DNA of 64,000 nt from Candidatus Melainabacteria bacterium 17Bon1m (GCA_032128875.1 JAVLKG010000003.1:1035757-1099756); one strand, 5' to 3'; shown: positions 27,125-36,705, counted from the first letter of the stretch. Made by a program: numbers and translations. Notes: a model not told the origin generated them from the letters alone.

Positions 27125-27393
27125 TAACGCGCTGGTATCGCATGCTGCTGATGAGAATGGGTGGGAAGCAAGCGTAAAGATCATTGCCATGCACACAACA
27201 GATTTCGGCACCTGTGGCTATTTCCAGCTTTGGCTTAATGCAACATAATTGCGTTCAAAATTAAGAGTGCCGTTTCATGGGCTTTTCCGTCCTTCCATCT
27301 ACTCCGAAAACTCGCTATTTTTCGGAGTGAATGGAAGAATTGAACTTGAGACTAGGCATTCTAGTCAGCCGCCTTAATCTTTTCGTTAGGATC

Positions 27394-27423
27394 TTGACCC
27401 CCTCTTGGATACTGGCCTATAAT
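27394..27423 (+). promoter_or_regulatory. Near-consensus sigma70 promoter with no downstream ORF
   Basis: TTGACC-N18-TATAAT. Confidence 0.7.
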
Positions 27424-27429
27424 GTTTTC

Positions 27430-27604
27430 AGATCGACTGGAGACCGACAGCTTATCTTGACGCGGGCCACTAAAACATGACCCGGTAAAACTTTCATGCA
27501 AAGAAGGCTGCGGAGCAAAAGTTGAAACAGGAAAACCTCGTGTCACGAGAACATTAGGAGCAAACCCCTCTGAGCCCGGTGGGTGAACCGGCAGAGGGGT
27601 TTGT
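27430..27604 (+). ncRNA. Candidate stand-alone structured small RNA (unassigned family)
   Basis: Strong promoter upstream; nested helices enclosing a possible pseudoknot; closing 13-bp hairpin; next gene is convergent. Confidence 0.6.
27560..27604. terminator. Strong hairpin, probable terminator between convergent transcripts
   Basis: GCAAACCCCTCTG..CCGGT-GGGTGA-ACCGG-CAGAGGGGTTTGT; U-tract is short. Confidence 0.6.
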
Positions 27605-27615
27605 AGCATCTGGAT

Positions 27616-28008
27616 TTATTCGGCAGTATCTTTGTCTGTCGTCTTATCTCGTCTTAGAAGATCTTTTGTGAATGATTCAATCCACTGAATCTCACTATGA
27701 TCTGATCTCCACGTGGCCGACAAGATTTCGTGATTTCCATCCGTTTTTTTCTTGCCCAACGCTTCGAAAACAATTGTTTGAATGCGCTCTTTTGAGTCTC
27801 GCTGCACTCTAATATTTGGAAAGCCGGAACTATCAGACCACCTTCCATTGTCTGCCTCGAGTTGGCGAACCACTTTTTCAAAGAGGTCTGGTTGATTGCG
27901 CTCAAGGAGATGCAAAATCTTTTGCAGTTCGAGTTCTTCGCACTTGCCGTCAAAGAACTCAAGCGCTTTTCGACGTATTTCGAGAGATCTAATTTCGGCG
28001 TCGTTCAT
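27616..28008 (-). CDS. Hypothetical protein
   Basis: 130 aa ATG ORF with protein-like composition. Confidence 0.65.
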   Translation of the reverse strand: MNDAEIRSLEIRRKALEFFDGKCEELELQKILHLLERNQPDLFEKVVRQLEADNGRWSDSSGFPNIRVQRDSKERIQTIVFEALGKKKTDGNHEILSATWRSDHSEIQWIESFTKDLLRRDKTTDKDTAE

Positions 28009-28169
28009 TAACCACGTCCAGCGTCAAAACAATATTCTATAACAGCTTTGGCTTCCGTCATTTGCGAATTAATCACCAAACAGCAATTGTGCTGCGTTTT
28101 TCTTCTGGTATCGAATATGGTGGCGGGCGGGCTTCGGCGCGCTGCAGGGAACGGTTTGATTTGCGTCGT

Positions 28170-28451
28170 TTAGAGCTTCGTCTCAGGCGTCGTTTCTAGC
28201 TTAGTTTTAGCCTGCGTTTCAGTCTTTGTTTGTAGCTGCTTTGCTTCTTTCAAAGCTCTGTAGCTCAGACAAGAAACAGCTTTGGGGCGCTCGATTTTTA
28301 GGCAGTCAGTAGGGTTGTTGAATCGGCAATCATCGCAGAGATAGCGGCCTTTTCCTTTTCGATTCCATGCGGAGTACAGAGTGAGAGCAGACGCAGCAGC
28401 GGCAACTAATCCTGCCGGCAGCCAAAAGCTCAATTCCCCTTCCACGTCCAA
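28170..28451 (-). CDS. Small membrane-anchored Cys-rich protein
   Basis: TM helix, then CDDC.....C.....P....C..Y; GAGG RBS. Confidence 0.65.
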   Translation of the reverse strand: MDVEGELSFWLPAGLVAAAASALTLYSAWNRKGKGRYLCDDCRFNNPTDCLKIERPKAVSCLSYRALKEAKQLQTKTETQAKTKLETTPETKL

Positions 28452-28482
28452 ACCTCACCGATAAGTCGGCAATAGCATACCA

Positions 28483-30978
28483 CTATTGTGCGGCGCGGCT
28501 CAGAATCGAATGCGCCTCGGATCTGATGGCCAAGGCTTCATTGAATTGTCCTAAATTCATTTGTGCATCGCTCAAATTAAGAAGTGCATAAGCAAGATAC
28601 TTATGATTGGTGCCGAAGTGTAGCTCCAGGGCTCTGCGTGCGAGTTCCAGTTCTTTAACAGCCTCAGTGAATCGGATTTTTGCTTGGTCGTTAAGTGGGC
28701 CAAATTGATCGAACTGTTTATCGCGAAGTTTATCAATTGCCAGATCGCGCAGTGCCAATCCCTTTTTCAATCTCGCCATACCTAAATTAGCTCTGGCAAT
28801 TGCAGTCGTTAGCGAGCCGCGCCCAGCCCCGCGTTGTTCGCACATGTTGACGAGAAGTTGGTAGCATTCTTCTGCGTCCATTATGTAAGTAGTAACGGCG
28901 TTAAGATAGAGGCGGCTTCTTGGAACTAGCTTTCCACGGAAGAAGGCTAATTCGTGCAATTTACTGCGGGTTGGAAGTCCAGGAACCGTAGCGCTCTCAT
29001 AAGGCAGCGCTTCTTCGTTTGTCGCGTACTGCAGTGCGTTGACTCCCTCGTTATTTTCCACGAGGTAGTCTCCAAGTGAGGAGAGCTGGTAGCCCATCGA
29101 ATTTTGATTGACGTCAGCCCAACGAAAAACAATTGGTGCATCATGAGTTAGTTTGTCGCGCTCGCGCTGTCTGTTGATTTTTCCAATGATTGCAGAGTAC
29201 GTTTCCGATGCTGCGAATTTGAAAGACACGAGCGCTTCTATCTCTTTGCCGAGCAGATGGCATGCTGTTCCTTCCAAGCATTTAGCCATTGCTACTGGTT
29301 TTATTTGACTGGCGCTGGTGAAAATGAACTCTGCCAATCTTGTTTCGGCGAGCGCACTTTTCAATGCGGGCTCGTCGTTTTTCATCTTGTATATTTCATA
29401 CAGGCATGCAGCTTGTGCCAAGTGCAGAAAGCCGATATCCATGGATTCGCCCATGCCTACAGCCTCTGATAGAGCCAGTGCTTGCTGCAAATAGCCATAC
29501 GCAGCGTCGAAATCCCCGCGATAAAGTCTGTCTATTCCGCGATAAAAGAAGATTCGAAATCTTCCTGTTTCTGAACTGCCTATTTCGGTCACTTTCTCTG
29601 CAAAATCAGTCAGCTCGTCTGTGTCACTGGCGTCAGTAATCGGTCGCATGCGTTGCATTTTTTCAGCTGCGACGGTTTTGTAGAAGGGTTGATCCGTAGC
29701 CGACCATGGAATCATACGTTGGCTGAGCTCGGGCGCACTTCCAGGATGATAGAGCGTGCTCATCATGATCGAATAATGCAATACAAAAACCGACATCAAT
29801 GCAGTTATAGCGATCTTTGTACGCCATCGCTTGCCCAATCTGTTTTGAAAGAGTCTATCGAGCTTGTTGCCGTAGCGCCGCATGTATGCCACAGCAGCAG
29901 AGCCGCCTCGCCATTCTGATTGCGTTTGCTCAATGGCTTTGCGCATCTCCGGCGCAGATTGAAAGCGATTTTCCGGCTCCTTCGCCATTGCCTTGAAGAC
30001 GATATCTTCAAGTTGTTTTACGAGTCGCACATCGGCTTTCACATTGGACAATCCGGCAGGCATTTCACTAACCTGCTTGTGCATTGTCTCCAAAGTATTG
30101 TTGCCGACAAGAGGCGGTTTGCCGGTTAAGCACTCATAGAGCAAACAACCAACTGCATAGATGTCGGAGCGCGCATCAGTCATATTCCCCAGGCATTGCT
30201 CGGGGCTCATGTACAGCGGGCTTCCGAAAACGTCGCCGCTTTGCGTAAGTTCTTGTGCTTCCAGTCCGGCCTTCGGCAAAATTTTGGCGATGCCGAAGTC
30301 CACCAGTTTTACATAGTCTGTATTGTCACCGACTGGTATCAAAACAATGTTGCTCGGTTTCAAATCTCTATGCAAAACGCCCGATTCATGCGCATGTTCG
30401 AGAGCATCCAGTATTTGTTTTGCGATCGACAAGCACCTATCGATACTAAGTTGTCCCCATGTCCTTACTATTTCTGAGAGAGCACGACCCTCGAGATAGT
30501 CCATAATGATGAAGGGCTGATTGTCTTCCGTAAGACCGAAGTCGTATACGGTGATGATATTTTGGTGCGCTAAATGGTGAGAGGCTTGGGCTTCTGCCTG
30601 AAAGCGCCGCATCATTGTTGGATTGCTGCTCAAGTGTTTGTGCAAAAGTTTGAGCGCGACTATTTTTCTCGTGAGAGTCTGCTGTGCTTTATATACGCGG
30701 CTCATTCCGCCTGCGCCGAGCAGTTCTAGTATTTGATATTTGCCGTGCAGGGTTCTGCCGATGACGGGATCTTTCTCGGAATTCGCCGCCGCTGTCTGCA
30801 TGGAATTTTCCACTACCGAGCTGAAAGTTGTTCGGTCCAACTCTTCGGCTGGTGGAATTTCGCTATTGCCGGCAGAGTTCTTATCGGACATGCTTTCGCT
30901 GTCCGTACAAGGCTCTTCGTCCTTGGCGGCAATGTCCGGATCTGTGTCAGGCTTATGTGTAGAGCCTTTTTTAGGCAC
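28483..30978 (-). CDS. Transmembrane Ser/Thr protein kinase with C-terminal TPR-like region
   Basis: LGAGGMSRV, ALK, HRDLKPSN, DFG, YMSPEQ, SDIYAVG; TM helix; helical repeats. Confidence 0.93.
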   Translation of the reverse strand: MPKKGSTHKPDTDPDIAAKDEEPCTDSESMSDKNSAGNSEIPPAEELDRTTFSSVVENSMQTAAANSEKDPVIGRTLHGKYQILELLGAGGMSRVYKAQQTLTRKIVALKLLHKHLSSNPTMMRRFQAEAQASHHLAHQNIITVYDFGLTEDNQPFIIMDYLEGRALSEIVRTWGQLSIDRCLSIAKQILDALEHAHESGVLHRDLKPSNIVLIPVGDNTDYVKLVDFGIAKILPKAGLEAQELTQSGDVFGSPLYMSPEQCLGNMTDARSDIYAVGCLLYECLTGKPPLVGNNTLETMHKQVSEMPAGLSNVKADVRLVKQLEDIVFKAMAKEPENRFQSAPEMRKAIEQTQSEWRGGSAAVAYMRRYGNKLDRLFQNRLGKRWRTKIAITALMSVFVLHYSIMMSTLYHPGSAPELSQRMIPWSATDQPFYKTVAAEKMQRMRPITDASDTDELTDFAEKVTEIGSSETGRFRIFFYRGIDRLYRGDFDAAYGYLQQALALSEAVGMGESMDIGFLHLAQAACLYEIYKMKNDEPALKSALAETRLAEFIFTSASQIKPVAMAKCLEGTACHLLGKEIEALVSFKFAASETYSAIIGKINRQRERDKLTHDAPIVFRWADVNQNSMGYQLSSLGDYLVENNEGVNALQYATNEEALPYESATVPGLPTRSKLHELAFFRGKLVPRSRLYLNAVTTYIMDAEECYQLLVNMCEQRGAGRGSLTTAIARANLGMARLKKGLALRDLAIDKLRDKQFDQFGPLNDQAKIRFTEAVKELELARRALELHFGTNHKYLAYALLNLSDAQMNLGQFNEALAIRSEAHSILSRAAQ

Positions 30979-31152
30979 GCTGGACTCCTGGAGCCAAATT
31001 ATGTGTCAAAACATCCGGACAACCCACATAGTTATTCCCAGTGGTACTCTAAGCTTTAAGCTCTTGGACTTTAGACTCTGGCATAATTGCCTATCAGATG
31101 ACAAAAGCCATCCGGTTCTTGCTATTTACCAGCTTCGTTTTTCAGGTAAACA

Positions 31153-31911
31153 ATGCTTAAATTGCCATTTTTGAAATCGCTGCTCGTGCCTTTAGCCATC
31201 ATGGTTTTGCTTGGTGGTAGTGCACCTCCCAGTCAAGCAGGCAATAAGCTTAAGCCCGGTGAAGTCTGGGTTTTGCACATGAGCAGTAACTTCCTGGGCA
31301 ACGTGACATTTAATCTGAGCGATGCGACAACCTCCATCTACATGGAGAAGCTCGGACTGGAAGCCTTTGGCGATGAAAAAATGACACAGATATTGATCTG
31401 CAATCACAGAGACAAGACTTATTTGCAAGAGCCGCGATCAGAGTGGGAAAAGAGAGCCAACAAGTACAAAAGCAAGAACAAAAAAACGGCCAGTTACTCG
31501 GGCTATAAAGTCTCAAAACCCAAACCAGCTAAAGTTTGCGGGCTAAACTGCTCATTCGTTGAAGTGAATGCTATCCGCAAAGACGGCACCATCGAGCCGC
31601 AAGATCAGAAAAAACAGATTTGGGTCACACAAGAGCTCGAAACCGGAAAAGGCGTCGCGAAGCAGTTCGCTATGGAAATCTTGAGGGTATTTGCACAGCT
31701 GGAAGAAACACCAAAGACTGGCGGCGTTTTGCTCCGGTTAAAGGCCGACAAGAGCAAGAAGCTGGTGACAATGCTCGATACTTATAAAGTCGAGAAGGTC
31801 AAAAAGGTGCTGGAAGTGAAGATCCCAAAGGGTTACCACCGGGTGAAAGATGAAGTAGCGCTTCTCTGGGGTGATGACTCCACTACGGGCGATATGTTCG
31901 GCTCGCCTTAG
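31153..31911 (+). CDS. Secreted hypothetical protein (DUF4412-like)
   Basis: Signal peptide; KVCGLNC...IWVT...IPKGY pattern. Confidence 0.7.
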   Translation: MLKLPFLKSLLVPLAIMVLLGGSAPPSQAGNKLKPGEVWVLHMSSNFLGNVTFNLSDATTSIYMEKLGLEAFGDEKMTQILICNHRDKTYLQEPRSEWEKRANKYKSKNKKTASYSGYKVSKPKPAKVCGLNCSFVEVNAIRKDGTIEPQDQKKQIWVTQELETGKGVAKQFAMEILRVFAQLEETPKTGGVLLRLKADKSKKLVTMLDTYKVEKVKKVLEVKIPKGYHRVKDEVALLWGDDSTTGDMFGSP

Positions 31912-31959
31912 GATTTTGGCAGGTAAGACTGACAATGCCGGAATCGCTTTGCATGCATA

Positions 31960-32090
31960 GGCTTGCAGTGGGGAGGAGTCTCTGCTATGGCTGTTGGCTT
32001 GCAGTGGGCGAGAAATCTCTGCTATGGCTGTTGGCGTGCAGTGGACGAGGAGTCTCTGCTAAGGCCTTTGGAGTGCAGTGCCGACGAAGA
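31960..32090. repeat. Tandem 36-37 bp repeat, about 3.5 copies, no spacers
   Basis: Units start at 31960, 31996, 32033 and 32070; consensus GGCTTGCAGTGGRCGAGGAGTCTCTGCTATGGCTGTT. Confidence 0.85.
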
Positions 32091-32093
32091 CGA

Positions 32094-32843
32094 TCAGCGA
32101 TTCCCAGAACGCAAGTTTTTCGCTTCGTCCTTAAGAGGTTTTGCAGTTGCGGTGTCGCCCAACTCTTCGCAAACAGATGCGAGATTTTCATTGATAGTTG
32201 CAAGCAAAGATCTTTCGCCTGGATTTAGCTTTTCTGCCGAACGTTCTTGCAGCAATTCTCTTTTTAGCTCTTCCATCGTTGTTTGTGTAAGCTGAAGTTG
32301 CTGGCGCTTTTTCGATGGCTCCGCTTCTTGCAGCGCTAAAAGAAAATTGCATGACGCCATGTTTTGCTTGTCGCGAATTCGAACTTCAGGTGTGCTCGAA
32401 GGATCGTGTTGGTTCAGTGTTTGTATCTGCCGCAATGCGGCAAGCATATCGGCGTACCTATTGCTGTCGCGGCAAACTGTGGCGATCTGGTTGAGTGTAG
32501 CAACAATCCGGTCATTGCCCGCGCCGCCTTCCTTTTCTAGGGCAAGCGCTTTGGTAAGAACATCGAGCGATTCTTTTAGCTTTTGGTCTTGCCATAAGAG
32601 TGTGCCGAGCTCTTCCATCTTTTCTGCTTTGCTCAGGCGTTCGGCAGAGGTTTTAACTTGAGGCAGTCCTCTAATTTCTGATTTTTGCTGCTCGATCTGC
32701 GCTTGCAGTTCTGCTTTTTGCGCGCCTGATTCTTGGTCTTTTGCCTGGCCGGAAAGGCGGATCGAGCGCTCGATACTGAATGCAGCAATTCCGCAGAGGA
32801 TGACAGCAAAGAACAGAAGTGCGATTGTTTTTATGGTTAGCAA
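32094..32843 (-). CDS. Membrane-anchored TPR-like protein
   Basis: N-terminal TM helix and TPR-like helices. Confidence 0.75.
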   Translation of the reverse strand: MLTIKTIALLFFAVILCGIAAFSIERSIRLSGQAKDQESGAQKAELQAQIEQQKSEIRGLPQVKTSAERLSKAEKMEELGTLLWQDQKLKESLDVLTKALALEKEGGAGNDRIVATLNQIATVCRDSNRYADMLAALRQIQTLNQHDPSSTPEVRIRDKQNMASCNFLLALQEAEPSKKRQQLQLTQTTMEELKRELLQERSAEKLNPGERSLLATINENLASVCEELGDTATAKPLKDEAKNLRSGNR

Positions 32844-32940
32844 CTTACTTATCCCTTCACGTGATACCGAACTTGATACCGGAGAGCAAAGCGACCGGCT
32901 TCTTGATATAGTTGCGCTAAATCTGCAATTCTATTGTCAA

Positions 32941-34548
32941 ATGTTATTCAGTTCCATTTATCAGCATTCTCATTTTACCCGTCCGGGCGCACGGCTCAGG
33001 CACGTTTTTTCTGGTGCACTTTCCATTGGGCTGAGTTTGAGCATGGGCGTCGTATTTGCTGTTGATGCCATCTTGGGCTGTGCCAACCAAGCATTCTGCG
33101 CCGCAGAGAGTCCCGCTGCCGCGAGGCTCCACGCAAATGCCATTAAGACCGAGAAGGCAGGAAATGTCCGCGAAGCATTAGAGCTTGAGCAGCAAGCCAT
33201 GCACCTCGCGCCTTCAAATGTTCTCTATCATGGAGAGTTTGCACGTTTGCTCTGGGAAGCAGGTTTTGTAGAGCGGGCTATTCGTGAAAATAAGGAAGCA
33301 ATAAAGCTAGATCCAGCCAGTGCTAAGCTGCGATTCAACCTGGCTGTGATGCTGCAAACTTCAGGTGACCCCAAGTCGGCGATTGTCGAGTATGAAAAGC
33401 TTCTGAAGGCAAATGGCAATGACTTGCAAGCTCGGCTCGGTTATTTGCAATCGCTTGCTCTCGCCGGTCGATCGCAAGACGCTGTCAATCAGCTTGATGC
33501 TCTGGCTTCGCAAGCTAAGAAGAACCAATCGATTCTTATCGAAGTTGCAGACACTGCGATAAAGATCAACCAGCCGCATCGCGCAAAGGAGATGTTGCGG
33601 GACCAAGCAAATACGGGAAGTCCGCGCACTCTCAGCCTTTTGTATGTTGCCGCCGCCGATGACAATGATGAAAAGTTGGCGCTCAGTGTGCAAAAAAAGG
33701 TTTTGGAAAGCGGTCCGAAAGATGCACGAATTTACATCATTGCTGCAAAGCTTGCTGATGAAAAAGGTGGAATCTTGCTCCAGGAGCAGATACTGAATCA
33801 GGCAATGAAATCTGTTCGCAACAATGGTGACATGTATGCTCAGATGGCGGGAATGTTTATGCGCAATTTCGCGCAGTCGAGATCTTCTGGTGATGAGAAG
33901 ACCGCCCAGTCCTGGCTGAGTTTGTCCGAAAAGGCACTAGTTTTTGCCGAGGAGATTCATGTTAAAGCGTGGCGCTATCGCTTTGCTCACGCGGGTGTTC
34001 TGGCTTTGCAAGGAAAACAGAAGGAAGCTGCTGACATGATTGATGCTCTTGCGCATCAAGAGCCGAAGAACGAACTTGTGTTGTTTTGCCGCGGTCGCCT
34101 GCGTGCATATGCCAACAACCCTGCCGCTACTGCCAAGCGAAATCTCAAAAACCTTTTCGGCGATGCAGAGCGAACGGGCGTTTCCGCCGGCGCCGTTGAT
34201 GATGCGATCACCTTGGCATGTTCGCGCGCCTATCTCGACAAGCTCGGATGTGGTTGCCATATGGCTGTTTTGGAATTTAAGTGGAAACATTTGGGCGGGG
34301 TTTTGTACTCAAAGGTTATTTCCGAGCATCCTGCAGTCGGCTTAATCGTTCACAAATTGGGCGACCAGGACGGCTTTAAGGGGCGGATAATTTCCGCGGC
34401 TGCGTCCATAAACGAGCGTGTTGTGAAGGTCGAAACGGATACTGTGAAAGGCTTAGGAGCTCTGGCGATGAACGTTGTTACGCCCGAAGCTCAAGAGGAG
34501 CCGGCTCTCATGGCTCGGCTCACTCCGCTGGAGCTGCAAAGGCTCTAG
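32941..34548 (+). CDS. TPR protein with C-terminal CGCH domain
   Basis: Hydrophobic N-terminal segment, multiple TPRs, LDKLGCGCH...LGGV; start uncertain. Confidence 0.8.
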   Translation: MLFSSIYQHSHFTRPGARLRHVFSGALSIGLSLSMGVVFAVDAILGCANQAFCAAESPAAARLHANAIKTEKAGNVREALELEQQAMHLAPSNVLYHGEFARLLWEAGFVERAIRENKEAIKLDPASAKLRFNLAVMLQTSGDPKSAIVEYEKLLKANGNDLQARLGYLQSLALAGRSQDAVNQLDALASQAKKNQSILIEVADTAIKINQPHRAKEMLRDQANTGSPRTLSLLYVAAADDNDEKLALSVQKKVLESGPKDARIYIIAAKLADEKGGILLQEQILNQAMKSVRNNGDMYAQMAGMFMRNFAQSRSSGDEKTAQSWLSLSEKALVFAEEIHVKAWRYRFAHAGVLALQGKQKEAADMIDALAHQEPKNELVLFCRGRLRAYANNPAATAKRNLKNLFGDAERTGVSAGAVDDAITLACSRAYLDKLGCGCHMAVLEFKWKHLGGVLYSKVISEHPAVGLIVHKLGDQDGFKGRIISAAASINERVVKVETDTVKGLGALAMNVVTPEAQEEPALMARLTPLELQRL

Positions 34549-34654
34549 GGACAAGGGTAAAGAGCCGCAACACCTGGGGCTGAAATCCTTTCAGCGGGGC
34601 TGCCCGTGTGCTATTGTGAATTCACGTCCCTTCGCTCGAGGAATGTGTCTGCAA

Positions 34655-35926
34655 ATGACTCAGGCGTCGCCGCCGGAAGAATCTGCCGACCTGCGTATCG
34701 GAAGCCTTCTCGCCCTTAGTGGTCTCGTTCGTGCCTCTGATTTGCAGGAGGCGCTCACGATTGCGTCTCAGACGCAAATGCCGGTCGGGCGCGTGTTGGT
34801 GATGTCCAACCGCCTGTCCGAAGAAGCTCTCAGAGCCGTAGTCGAAGTTCAGTCTCTGGTGAAAGATAGAGTTTTAACGCGCGAACAGGCACTTGAGTGT
34901 GTTGAACAAGCGCGTAAAGCAAACAAGCCGCTCATTGAAGTTTTACACGAGCAGGGCTTGCACCAACCGCAGCGCCCTACCAATCGTCTTGGGGAGTTGC
35001 TTGTCGATTGCGGACAAATTTCGCATGATCAGTTAGAGCGAGCTCTTAAGATGGGCGGCGCAACAGGTTTGCCACTCGGTCGCGTATTGGTTCTATTCGG
35101 CTTGATTACAGAACCTCTGGCGGCACGCGCATTGCAGATTCAGGACGAAATCCGTAAAGGACACGTTTCACGCAGTGAAGGTCTGATGACATTCCGCATG
35201 GACCGCATGCGTATGCAAGGTTTGAAGAGTAAGGATAAGGACAAAACATACAAGATCAAATTGGGCGAATTGTTCGTCGCTGCTGAAGTTTTATCCACAT
35301 CTGACGTGGATGCTGCGCTCGAAATGGCGTGGGCGAACAACAAAATGCTCGGGGAAATTCTCACTGATTTGGATTGGATTTCTCCGGAAATGTTGCTGGG
35401 TGCATTGAAACTGCAGCAAAAACTTTGGTCTGGTGAAATTGATTTAGAGCGCGCAGTCAATGTCGTGAAAGACATGTACACGACTGGTGTCAGCTTCGAT
35501 CTTTCGTGGGGCCGATTTGGTCAAACGAGCGATCCTCTCGATAAGCAATTGACGTTGTTCGAGTTCCTCAAAATTGCAGGATTCATGACGCGCCGTCGAT
35601 TGACTGAGTTGATCGAGAGTTGCATCACGAATGGTGACTTGCTCGATCGCGTTATGGAAAACGCCGGAATAACAGACTACGAAGACGCTGATTTGATGCG
35701 TAAAGCAATTAAGACTGCGGTAACTGATTCGTATCTGTTGCGCGACATTCTTGCGGAGTCAGAGATTATGGAACTTGACGTTGTCCAAGCTTCAGAGAGC
35801 CTTGTTTCTCTGGTGCAAGAAGGCGCGCTTCCACTCGAGCGAGCTATCATGGCCTTTACTTACTGCCATGACCAACGTATCCCGGCGACTGAAGCCATTG
35901 CACAACTGGGCTTCCCGGCGAAGTAG
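34655..35926 (+). CDS. Stand-alone protein with three MshEN-like (T2SSE_N-type) repeats
   Basis: RIGSLLALSGLV...LQEAL, RLGELLVDCGQI...LERAL, KLGELFVAAEVL, each followed by a second (L/V)GxxL...Q half. Confidence 0.8.
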   Translation: MTQASPPEESADLRIGSLLALSGLVRASDLQEALTIASQTQMPVGRVLVMSNRLSEEALRAVVEVQSLVKDRVLTREQALECVEQARKANKPLIEVLHEQGLHQPQRPTNRLGELLVDCGQISHDQLERALKMGGATGLPLGRVLVLFGLITEPLAARALQIQDEIRKGHVSRSEGLMTFRMDRMRMQGLKSKDKDKTYKIKLGELFVAAEVLSTSDVDAALEMAWANNKMLGEILTDLDWISPEMLLGALKLQQKLWSGEIDLERAVNVVKDMYTTGVSFDLSWGRFGQTSDPLDKQLTLFEFLKIAGFMTRRRLTELIESCITNGDLLDRVMENAGITDYEDADLMRKAIKTAVTDSYLLRDILAESEIMELDVVQASESLVSLVQEGALPLERAIMAFTYCHDQRIPATEAIAQLGFPAK

Positions 35927-35949
35927 TTGCGAATTTGGTTCGATTTCTG

Positions 35950-36702
35950 ATGAATGTATTGAGCTATCGAACTTCCGATCTCAATGATCTGACGTTTGTA
36001 CTTTTGATTGACGATGTGCCACTTCACGAGCTTTACGAGTCTGACACCGTTGGTGTTCCTTACTGGCTTCTGGAAGGCCAGTTAACAGCTACAACCATCA
36101 TGGGTGAAACCCACTACATCGTTTCTGTCTGCGATTGTGGAGAGCCGGGCTGTGGGAGGGTTGCGTGTAAGGTTACGGAAGAGGACGGGATTGTCACATT
36201 TCACGATTTCAAATTTCTCGCAAACGATCTCACATTCAAGTTCACTGCGGAAAATTTCCATCAGGTGATGGATGAAATTGGTCACGAAGTTCTGAAGTTT
36301 GAAGGTCCGCAAACCGAAGCTTCGACAGCTCAGCACAATTTTGATGTGATGAAGGCTTATTTGAATGCTGTTGATGAGTTGCTTCGACAACCAAGCACTC
36401 GAGAACGCATTGCTCAGGCTTGCGGAATTGAAACATATGGAGCTCAAGAAGCTGCCGACTGGATTTGCAATCCTGCAAATCATGAAGCTGTAAGAAACTT
36501 GATCGTGCTAGATAAACACAGGTTCCTTTTATTGGAAAATGGACCAGTGACACCGCCGATCTTGCAGCATGAACACATTCCATGGACCATTAAGGTCAAG
36601 TCTTATGACGCAGATACTACGCTGGTTTGGGTTGGTTACTTAGACAAAGTCGGTGATTGTGTGGGAACCAAGAGCCTGAAGTTTGAACGTGCAAAGGAAT
36701 AG
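35950..36702 (+). CDS. Hypothetical protein
   Basis: 250 aa; VCDCGEPGC motif. Confidence 0.7.
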   Translation: MNVLSYRTSDLNDLTFVLLIDDVPLHELYESDTVGVPYWLLEGQLTATTIMGETHYIVSVCDCGEPGCGRVACKVTEEDGIVTFHDFKFLANDLTFKFTAENFHQVMDEIGHEVLKFEGPQTEASTAQHNFDVMKAYLNAVDELLRQPSTRERIAQACGIETYGAQEAADWICNPANHEAVRNLIVLDKHRFLLLENGPVTPPILQHEHIPWTIKVKSYDADTTLVWVGYLDKVGDCVGTKSLKFERAKE

Positions 36703-36705
36703 CCG

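Noticed and set aside
27430..27604. Assignment as tmRNA, RNase P, SRP, 6S or pistol ribozyme
   Set aside because: No tRNA-like ends or tag frame, no GAGGAAAGUCC, no SRP GGAA tetraloop motif, no end-to-end 6S rod, and GGGCCAC lacks the upstream GUGG needed for pistol P1.
31960..32090. CRISPR array
   Set aside because: Units are head-to-tail with no unique spacers, and there are no cas genes in the window. Kept as a tandem repeat.
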